From contig JAKIZO010000005.1 of assembly GCA_022707965.1 (NCBI GenBank), forward strand, positions 687 through 64,686: a stretch of DNA of 64,000 nt, written 5' to 3'. This document shows positions 52,788 to 60,148 of this stretch, in pieces. Both the position numbers and the translations under genes were made by a program. Each line of letters opens with the position of its first letter. The stretch's first letter is position 1. The stretch is from Bacteroidota bacterium. Lineage in GTDB: Bacteria > Bacteroidota > Ignavibacteria > Kapaibacteriales > UBA2268. Under the pieces are notes generated by a model that saw only the letters and a program-made list of their open reading frames with translations, made no database searches and was not told the origin of the DNA.

Positions 52788-53391
52788 TTTCCTTTTGCAA
52801 GTCCTCTATTTGCGTGTTTTTCCCAAGTATTTCCTTTATTCCAGGTAATTTGTTGTGAAATAAAATAAGCAGAATAATTCCGCAAGTAACGCAACTATCC
52901 GCAATATTGAAAATAGGGAAGTGGGTGTAATGAATGCCCATAAAATTTATGTCCGGAATATCTACCTGAATGAAATCGACCACGTGCCCGTAAAATAGCG
53001 GTTGTGTCCCATAGAATACACCGTAAAACACTCTATCGATTAAATTTCCAACCGCACCCGCAAACACAAGGCTTATTCCAATTTTCACTGCTTTGTGTGC
53101 GAAAGTGATTTTGTATAAGTAGTAACCAAGTGCAATTGAGGCAAAAATCGAGAACAAACTCAAAAATATCTTACCCCAGCCGAATTCTATTCCGAACGCC
53201 ATACCGGGATTTTCAATATATGTAAGTTGCAGAAATGTCCCCCATATCGGTATGGATTCGCCATAATACATTCCTTCGTGTTGCCAACCGAACAGATTGA
53301 ACCCTTTCACAGCCAGTTTTGTCGACTGGTCGAATATTATCAATAAAGTTGAAACCAGGAAATATATGTTGTTGTTTTCTCTATTATCCAT
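52771..53391 (-). CDS. lspA: Lipoprotein signal peptidase (signal peptidase II)
   Basis: DQ.TK, NPGMAFG, GAVGNLIDR and FNIAD motifs, with 4 TM helices. Confidence 0.92.
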   Translation of the reverse strand: MDNRENNNIYFLVSTLLIIFDQSTKLAVKGFNLFGWQHEGMYYGESIPIWGTFLQLTYIENPGMAFGIEFGWGKIFLSLFSIFASIALGYYLYKITFAHKAVKIGISLVFAGAVGNLIDRVFYGVFYGTQPLFYGHVVDFIQVDIPDINFMGIHYTHFPIFNIADSCVTCGIILLILFHNKLPGIKEILGKNTQIEDLQKENAGEQ

Positions 53392-53548
53392 AAATTTTTC
53401 AATGATATATCACAAAACAACAAATATAGTAAAAATATGGTAATTTTTTGCAAATAGTGCAATTAGCAATTATATAAGAAAACTCTTTTATAATATTCCA
53501 ATCTAATGTAAATTGTAGTTTATTATCATCGATTTTTCTTATTTTGCT

Positions 53549-54340
53549 ATGAGAATTTCTATCGCTTTCAAGCCCGAACGGAATATTTTCCTGCTTCCAA
53601 CAAATTATAACTATGAATTAAGCTCTATGATTTATTATATTATGTCTTTGAGTGGTCCAAAGTTTTCCAATTGGTTGCACTCGCGTGGCTTTAGTCTTGA
53701 TGGTGGGAAAAGATTTAAATTCTTCAATTTTTCCAGGTTATTTTTCCACGAAAAAGAAATACAGGGGGACGTAATCAAAGCTTCGGGCAATTTTAAGCTC
53801 ATATTTAGCACACCTATCGACGAAAGCGTCCTCACAAACTTTGTTTCTGGAATTATGGAAAATTCCGAAGGATTATACCTTGGCAATAAACAAGTTGGCA
53901 CAAAGGTAAAGATTGTTAGAGTTAATATTCTTCCTTATCCTCGTTTTGAGCATAATACTAAATACATTATGCTTTCGCCAACAGTTGCTTCCATAAAAAA
54001 CAATCAGGATAGAGTAATATATCTCGACCCGTCCGACAGCAGAACAATCGAAGTCCTGCGAAACAATATTGTGAGAAAATACGAAGCCATTTATAGAGAA
54101 AAGTGCCCTTATGCAATAGATATTGCTTTCGATGAAGAATATTTGTCGAAAAAAGGCGACGTCTCGGAGGTAATGAGATTAATCAATGTGAAAGTAGGCA
54201 AAGCAAATTCTGCAAAAATAAAAGGATTTCTTTTGCCACTTTATATTCAAAGTGATGAAACTATCCACCGACTGATTTACGATGCCGGACTCGGCGAGAA
54301 AAATTCGCTTGGCTTCGGTATGCTCGAAGTTGCAAAATAA
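53549..54340 (+). CDS. cas6: CRISPR-associated endoribonuclease Cas6
   Basis: 263 aa. A RAMP fold is indicated by FKFFNFSRL and the C-terminal glycine-rich loop GLGEKNSLGFGMLEV. It lies divergent to a csm operon. Confidence 0.85.
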   Translation: MRISIAFKPERNIFLLPTNYNYELSSMIYYIMSLSGPKFSNWLHSRGFSLDGGKRFKFFNFSRLFFHEKEIQGDVIKASGNFKLIFSTPIDESVLTNFVSGIMENSEGLYLGNKQVGTKVKIVRVNILPYPRFEHNTKYIMLSPTVASIKNNQDRVIYLDPSDSRTIEVLRNNIVRKYEAIYREKCPYAIDIAFDEEYLSKKGDVSEVMRLINVKVGKANSAKIKGFLLPLYIQSDETIHRLIYDAGLGEKNSLGFGMLEVAK

Positions 54341-54344
54341 GCAA

Positions 54345-55619
54345 CTATCTAAATTTTGCGTTTAATAAATTATCGTGAAAAAAGTTTACCAGATTTCTTA
54401 TACTATCTTTGTTCAGTTCGAATTTCCCTTTCCTATCCAGATGGGCTATGTTATTACGTATTTTTTTCAGTTCAATGAGCTTCTCTTTAAAATTGTTAAT
54501 TGGTTCAACAAGCAAATCATCGTTCTTTTCTAATAATTTTGAGAGTTTTTCGTTTGCCTCAACCTTGTCTTTTATCTTCTTCTGAGTGCAAAAAGCCTCG
54601 ATAACTGCTTCGTAAGCGGCAATTACTGCAAGTGAGTAATTGTGGTTTCGCTGTTGCTGGCGTGCGACTTTCAGTATTTTCTCAACGTTTGTTTTCCCAT
54701 TGTTTATCTCGTCTGCAAACTCTTTGATTATTGGCTTAACGTAAAGAAATGGTTTGGGTGGTTCTTTTACAGCGTCAATCTTTTGGGAAATTTCTTTCGA
54801 AAGCTCGATGATTTTAGTAAAAGAATTCACGCTGAACGCAGACGAAAAGTCTTCTATTAACTTACTTAATTCTTCCGTGCTTTTGTACCTTTTCAGTAGC
54901 TGAGCAATTTGCTCGGGGTCTTTGTATTTGCGTAATACTTCGGCGGCAGTTACCCATTTATTCAGCTCTGTGAATAGATTAAACTCAAAAATTGGTGCTC
55001 GTCCGTTGTGTTTCGGGTCGTTCATTAGCTCTAATGCACCATAGTAGATGCTTCCCAACTTTACTTTTCCATTCGTAATCGCATTAAAATAGAATAAGCT
55101 GAACAGAAAGAAAAATGGTTGATACCTCAATCCGTGTGTAATATCGAACGATACGGTAGAACTTTTTATATCGAGATGCAAAATTTTATTGAAAATCGAC
55201 CACAGCTGTTCTACGTTTTCCCCAATTTCAATAATGTGGCAATAAGTGGGAATTTCGAAGTAATCTGTCAATCGACGGTTCAATGCTTCAATTACTTCCG
55301 GCTTTTCGCCTATGCTGCTGTCTTCCACTGATTTCCATATCAATGAGAATTCTTTGAGAAGATGTTCTTTGTCTGTTTCTTCCGGGATAGTGTGAACAAA
55401 CAAAGTTTCCCACATCGACGACGAAGTCCCAAAAATATGCACTTCCTGAAATTTCTTTGGGCTAAGCTTTATGATTGCTTCGCCGACAAATGGAGATTCG
55501 ACGTATTCATCGCTTTTGCTCGATGGCAGATAATATTTCGTTCGCCTATAATTGCGGCTGTCTATGCTTCGCAAAACATTCTGCCCTGTCCCAAGAATTA
55601 GAAATAGAGTGTTTTTCAA
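54345..55619 (-). CDS. csx1: Csx1-family CARF-HEPN protein (TM1812-like CARF N-terminus)
   Basis: The N-terminus FLILGTGQN...Y..T.YYL resembles a TM1812-type CARF. The C-terminal HEPN motif is RNNIAH (Rx4H, codons 54441-54458). It is the last gene of the csm operon. Confidence 0.75.
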   Translation of the reverse strand: MKNTLFLILGTGQNVLRSIDSRNYRRTKYYLPSSKSDEYVESPFVGEAIIKLSPKKFQEVHIFGTSSSMWETLFVHTIPEETDKEHLLKEFSLIWKSVEDSSIGEKPEVIEALNRRLTDYFEIPTYCHIIEIGENVEQLWSIFNKILHLDIKSSTVSFDITHGLRYQPFFFLFSLFYFNAITNGKVKLGSIYYGALELMNDPKHNGRAPIFEFNLFTELNKWVTAAEVLRKYKDPEQIAQLLKRYKSTEELSKLIEDFSSAFSVNSFTKIIELSKEISQKIDAVKEPPKPFLYVKPIIKEFADEINNGKTNVEKILKVARQQQRNHNYSLAVIAAYEAVIEAFCTQKKIKDKVEANEKLSKLLEKNDDLLVEPINNFKEKLIELKKIRNNIAHLDRKGKFELNKDSIRNLVNFFHDNLLNAKFR

Positions 55620-56563
55620 GTTAGATGCTCCATAAATATTTCAACTAATTCATCAGGAATTACTATATTCTTTATGTTACTTCTGTCTAAGTCTGTCAAT
55701 ACAAATTCCCTTCTTTCAGCAGAAATAGTTTTGTTCTCTCCGTTCTGAACTGTGTGGATTAATGCGAGTGTTTCAAGCTCGCATAGTTCGAACGTTCCAT
55801 TCCACTTCTTTGCTTCGTCTTTGTCGCGAGAAACTATTATTCCGCTATTGCAATTCGAAAAAATTGTCAAATTTTTCCTGTCTAAACGACCGCCAACATC
55901 AACCAGCACAACTTTTTTCGATTTTGCCGTATTTTCAATGAAACGCGCCATTTTACTTGCAAATTCATCAGTAAACTCGCCTTTATAGCGGAACACCTTG
56001 CCTTGATTTTCCGGAATTTCTCCGAACCAATCGCCTTCTCCATCAGGGCAAGCGCGAATGATAAAAAAATCCTCATAAAATCTTTCGGGCTTCATTGCTC
56101 TGATTTTTTCTCTCAGTGCCTGGATAAACACGCTTTTCCCACTATGTGGCGGACCACCGACGACTGTTATTAATTTTTCTAACTTTTGCTTTTCCTTGCG
56201 TTTCTTGCTTGATTGATTTGTTTCGTGTTTAATATATTGAGTGATTTCCTCAACCGAGGCAATTGTGTCGCCCACGCTTTTCCCATTTGCAACGTGATTT
56301 TCTACAATTATCGCTCCAATCCTTGGGTCGAATGTAGCAACCCACGCAAAAGGGTGAAGTTCGTGCACCAGAAAAGCATAAAGCCATATCGGCGCTTTCC
56401 CGTTGATAATCACTCCCAGATCGGTACGCAATTCTTGTGGCAACTTGACGCTTTTGAGCAAAGCAGGTTCTATCACTCCGTCTTCGGAAATCTTAATATC
56501 CAATATTTGATAGTTTTTTTCAGTACTGACAACATTAAACTTGATTTTACCACAATTGTTCAA
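55616..56563 (-). CDS. csx3: Csx3 (Crn3-type ring nuclease) domain fused to a P-loop NTPase domain
   Basis: Residues about 1-100 read GVIINGKAPIWLYAFLVHELHPFAWVATFDPRIGAIIVENH, the Csx3 family signature. Walker A GGPPHSGKS lies at 56132-56158. A Walker-B-like KVVLVDVGGR is present. Confidence 0.75.
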   Translation of the reverse strand: MNNCGKIKFNVVSTEKNYQILDIKISEDGVIEPALLKSVKLPQELRTDLGVIINGKAPIWLYAFLVHELHPFAWVATFDPRIGAIIVENHVANGKSVGDTIASVEEITQYIKHETNQSSKKRKEKQKLEKLITVVGGPPHSGKSVFIQALREKIRAMKPERFYEDFFIIRACPDGEGDWFGEIPENQGKVFRYKGEFTDEFASKMARFIENTAKSKKVVLVDVGGRLDRKNLTIFSNCNSGIIVSRDKDEAKKWNGTFELCELETLALIHTVQNGENKTISAERREFVLTDLDRSNIKNIVIPDELVEIFMEHLT

Positions 56564-57905
56564 TTTTTATCCATCCTAAATGTTCATAATAATTATTTAT
56601 TTCAGACACTTTGCGAGAAGTGGGGAATTTATGCAAATCTACCTTTTTTGGCTTTGCATTTTTCCCAGGTGTTTGACCTATTCTAAATAAATCAAAAATT
56701 TCCTCGTATATTTTCTTAATTTCACCATTGTTCTGTGAAATTTTATCAAGTATGTTAAACAAAACAGTTTTGCTGTGGAAACCGCCACCCCATCCGATTT
56801 TTGTGGCAATATCTTTATCGCCAATCTTTGGGAGAATTAATTTCTTTGAATTTTTAGGATATCTATCGTAAAATCCAACATCAAGTTTTTCAATTCCATC
56901 AAGATAGTTGTACAAATAATCCATAATAATATTCATTACTTTTTTGATTATTTCTTCATTATTAAGTTGCTTCAAATCGTCATCAGTTATGCTAAACAAT
57001 TTCTTCAATTTTCTATAATACTTCTGTTGATTCTTGATTGATTTCTCGACTGCTCGCAAAAATTCAATATCGAAATCTATAGTAAAATCGAACGAAACGC
57101 CTTTCTTAATCACTTCGAGTGCATTTAGCTGCCCTTGTGCAGTGCCTTTTGCAGTCAAAGTTTTTGGCAAAACCAGTTCGCAAACTTCCTCGGGCAATCG
57201 GCAATTTGTGTCGCTCACACGAACAAACTTCATCAAATCGTATTTTGCATCATATTCTTTTGTTGAGTAGTTGAATATTTCATTAATTTCATCTTCGAAA
57301 AAATTTTTTGCGTCCTTTTTCTTTTTATTATCTTGACTTTTACATTCTCTCAATTCTGATTTTAATTTATCAAGGATTTCGATTTTTTCCGAAGCAAATT
57401 CTTTGTCTGTGAATACTTTATAAAAATACTCATTCAATATTGCTGTCCGAATTATACCTTTAATAGTTGTGCCGGGGATATAAATTTTATTATCTGCTGT
57501 TTTAATGTGTGAATTGACAAGCTTTGAAACGTTTGGTTCGTTTGTAGGCATTTTGTATCTAATAAATTTACCTTCTTTTATCTTCTGGCGAATTGTATGT
57601 TCTAAGTCCTTTCTATTGAGATGATTGGAGATAAAATCGAAAATATTGAGCTTGTATGTTCCCTTCTTTTTCAAATTGGAACTTGATTGATTATTGAGTT
57701 TTTCATCTTTTGTTTCGACCCATTCCGATATTTTATGTATTGATTGCGGAACTTCCTTGATTACGTAGCTCAATATTTCGTCAGTTTTAAGCCGATAAAA
57801 GTAATTTCCTTGAATTAAATACTCGAAGCTATCTATTTGTTCTCCACTGGAAATTGCAATTGGAGTAAGTGTTGTAATTCTAAACTTATTGCTTTCTGTG
57901 TTCAT
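56547..57905 (-). CDS. csm5: Type III-A RAMP protein Csm5
   Basis: FRITTLTPIAISSGE, IYIPGTTIKGIIRTAIL and the C-terminal KIGWGGGFHSKT. It sits after csm4. Confidence 0.8.
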   Translation of the reverse strand: MNTESNKFRITTLTPIAISSGEQIDSFEYLIQGNYFYRLKTDEILSYVIKEVPQSIHKISEWVETKDEKLNNQSSSNLKKKGTYKLNIFDFISNHLNRKDLEHTIRQKIKEGKFIRYKMPTNEPNVSKLVNSHIKTADNKIYIPGTTIKGIIRTAILNEYFYKVFTDKEFASEKIEILDKLKSELRECKSQDNKKKKDAKNFFEDEINEIFNYSTKEYDAKYDLMKFVRVSDTNCRLPEEVCELVLPKTLTAKGTAQGQLNALEVIKKGVSFDFTIDFDIEFLRAVEKSIKNQQKYYRKLKKLFSITDDDLKQLNNEEIIKKVMNIIMDYLYNYLDGIEKLDVGFYDRYPKNSKKLILPKIGDKDIATKIGWGGGFHSKTVLFNILDKISQNNGEIKKIYEEIFDLFRIGQTPGKNAKPKKVDLHKFPTSRKVSEINNYYEHLGWIKIEQLW

Positions 57906-57909
57906 TTTA

Positions 57910-58866
57910 TTATCCCCGAATTTTTATTTTAATTGGGAAGGACAGACCATTGAATTTTATTGAAATATTATCTGCTGTCGCAACTTCTTTTATGCTTCCG
58001 TAGTGTTTCTTCCCGTTAATAATTGGGAAGACCGAACCCGCAGCAAAGTAGCTTACCGGTTTCTTGCGGAATACATTCCACGAATAATTGTTGCTGAATA
58101 TTTTTCCTTCTTTCGTTTCGAGCTCGTAGAACAATAATTTTGTGTGTTCCTGATAATACTTTATCTCGTCAGCAGTCGGGTAATAGCACGAAAGATTAAT
58201 AAACGCATTAGCATCTGATGGTTCTTCCAGTACAATTTCGTCGACTTCGTAACTAAATTGCCCTCGACCAGTGGAGGCATCGCGCCCAAGCCCGTAATGA
58301 TTTAAAAAATTGAACACGGGCTCTACAAGCGAGAAATCACCTTCAAATAGGAAATACAGCCCACCATTATCTATAAATAAATCATCTGTATGATAAAAAT
58401 GTTCTTCCTCTGATGAATTTGTCAGCCGATTTATTTGAACGTGCGGAACGGAAACTTCCCTAATTTGCGGTTGAGCGAGCTTCTCCTTCGAGTTTACAAA
58501 TATCTCGAAAATATCTTGAATGGTAATTTCTCCCTTAATCAATCTGCTGAAAGTTTCCAAATCCAAATATCTCAACGACTTAAACTCTTTTGTTTTGCTG
58601 TATTCTTTTATTGTTTCAATTTCTTTTTCATCAGTTGGCAACTTCGGTTTTGGAAAATAAATTCGCTTGCGGCTGTCTATCTTGTTGAATACAAAGCAAT
58701 TAGAGAAAAGAAATGGGGGCGAACCCGCTTCGAAGCTCTCGACAACCGAGCGAGTGAATTCTTCGCCTTTCAAATATCTCATCACCGTGAGAGTTATGCC
58801 GAAAAGAAAGTCGGCATCATATATTCTTGAGAAAGACGTTTTTGGATATAAATATACTATCTTCAT
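57910..58866 (-). CDS. csm4: Type III-A RAMP protein Csm4
   Basis: 318 aa with the C-terminal HYGLGRDASTGRGQF glycine-rich loop. It lies between csm3 and csm5. Confidence 0.8.
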   Translation of the reverse strand: MKIVYLYPKTSFSRIYDADFLFGITLTVMRYLKGEEFTRSVVESFEAGSPPFLFSNCFVFNKIDSRKRIYFPKPKLPTDEKEIETIKEYSKTKEFKSLRYLDLETFSRLIKGEITIQDIFEIFVNSKEKLAQPQIREVSVPHVQINRLTNSSEEEHFYHTDDLFIDNGGLYFLFEGDFSLVEPVFNFLNHYGLGRDASTGRGQFSYEVDEIVLEEPSDANAFINLSCYYPTADEIKYYQEHTKLLFYELETKEGKIFSNNYSWNVFRKKPVSYFAAGSVFPIINGKKHYGSIKEVATADNISIKFNGLSFPIKIKIRG

Positions 58867-58867
58867 T

Positions 58868-59704
58868 TTACAAATTTTTGAATTTGTTCATAATTCCCGC
58901 TAATTTCTCATCAGTAAAATCAGATAAACGCAAATATTTATCTTTATCAAATGTTACATCGATATCTTTAAGCGAATTCTTAAATCGCTCATCTGGTTTC
59001 AGATAATCTGCTCTTGTCAGAACGTATGGTTCTTCGAGTTTGAAACTTATTTTGCCATAACCGCGCGATCCACTTCCGCCAAGTGTGTTGTGTTCGAGTA
59101 GTTTCATCGATAATAATAAATCTTTGAAGAAATCAATATCTTGTTTTTCGCAATTGTCCAGCTTATAGACGCCAAAAATCATCTCAAAATTGAAGCACGA
59201 ACCTTTTACAACACGTTCGAGAAATCTTGGATTGGCAGCGGAAGTGATTTTATTAATCGTGTTCTCCGGCTTGTATTCCGTATACATCAATTCTGAATCA
59301 AGGTTTTTCCACATCATTACTGTTTCCTGGTCGGGGTGAGCATCGCGGACAATCAATCGAGTTGGTCCAATTGCTTCTTCTTTGGGCGCTACTTCGGCGG
59401 GCACACCAAATATTCGCTGCAATGATGAATTGCTATCGAAATTTTGCAATGATGAATTGCTATCGAAATTTTCCTTCTCAGGAGGGTCTATGTCCGCTTT
59501 ACCAAGATGATACGCAAGCAGCGTCCTCATCTTTCCTTTAAGCGATGAACCTGGAATATAAGGATACTGCGTAAATGGGTCGCGAATTACGGGCGAATCG
59601 ACACCGCCAATTTCAAGTTTATCTTTCGAACCGCCTATGTGCAGTCCCGTTAGGCATTCTATTTTGCCTCGAAGAATAATATTTCCTAAAAATTCTATTT
59701 TCAT
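58868..59704 (-). CDS. csm3: Type III-A backbone RNase subunit Csm3 (with internal 9-aa tandem duplication)
   Basis: LTGLHIGGSKDKLEIGGVDSPVIRDP....PYIPGSSLKGKMRTLL is canonical Csm3 and includes the Asp-containing active-site segment. AAGGAG lies upstream. Confidence 0.9.
   Translation of the reverse strand: MKIEFLGNIILRGKIECLTGLHIGGSKDKLEIGGVDSPVIRDPFTQYPYIPGSSLKGKMRTLLAYHLGKADIDPPEKENFDSNSSLQNFDSNSSLQRIFGVPAEVAPKEEAIGPTRLIVRDAHPDQETVMMWKNLDSELMYTEYKPENTINKITSAANPRFLERVVKGSCFNFEMIFGVYKLDNCEKQDIDFFKDLLLSMKLLEHNTLGGSGSRGYGKISFKLEEPYVLTRADYLKPDERFKNSLKDIDVTFDKDKYLRLSDFTDEKLAGIMNKFKNL
59418..59471 (-). repeat. Perfect 27-bp x2 in-frame tandem duplication inside csm3
   Basis: TGCAATGATGAATTGCTATCGAAATTT at 59418-59444 repeats exactly at 59445-59471 and encodes NFDSNSSLQ twice. 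Confidence 0.97.
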
Positions 59705-59716
59705 AACTACTCCTTA

Positions 59717-60148
59717 TTAATCTTTTCCACCATAATATTTATGATATGCTACTATTGCCTCTACAAATTCGAAAAAGTTTTCATACGCTTTTTCTTTGTT
59801 ATTTGATTTATACACTTTGTCTATCACTTCAAACATTAACTCTTTGAAGTCTTCAACTTCCCGGTTTCTCCCTTTTGCGTAAGCCAACTTTGGTTTGATA
59901 AGAATTAAACTTGCGTCGAGTTCCTGGAATTCCATTTTGGTAATTTTCCTCTGTTTGAACTCGTTTCTCAAAGTATTGAAATGAGAGAAAAAGTTACGAA
60001 TTTGGTTCGTTTTAATTTTTTGCGAAAAATCGTGTCCTTTCATATCCGCAACTTCATTAATTCTTTCAGCAGGAACCAGAGCGAAATCCTTTTCAGTGAA
60101 GACTTCGTTATGATTTCCTTTTTTGCTGTCGTTAAAGTTATTTCCCAT
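59717..60148 (-). CDS. csm2: Type III-A small subunit Csm2
   Basis: 143 aa, helical, lying between cas10 and csm3. It overlaps the cas10 3' end by 11 nt and has AGAGGT upstream. Confidence 0.75.
   Translation of the reverse strand: MGNNFNDSKKGNHNEVFTEKDFALVPAERINEVADMKGHDFSQKIKTNQIRNFFSHFNTLRNEFKQRKITKMEFQELDASLILIKPKLAYAKGRNREVEDFKELMFEVIDKVYKSNNKEKAYENFFEFVEAIVAYHKYYGGKD

Noticed and set aside
52221-52868. 215-aa ORF antisense to rluD/lspA
   Set aside because: It is a shadow ORF within two conserved genes, with Cys/Phe-rich unnatural composition.
53392-53548. Degenerate CRISPR repeats or a leader next to cas6
   Set aside because: No internal direct repeats are visible in this 157-nt AT-rich spacer. 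It is most simply the divergent promoter region of lspA and cas6.
54328-54359. Possible bidirectional terminator between cas6 and csx1 (GCAAAAT ... ATTTTGC)
   Set aside because: The stem is only 7 bp and AT-rich, with a 14-nt loop and no clear U-tracts. That is too weak to call.
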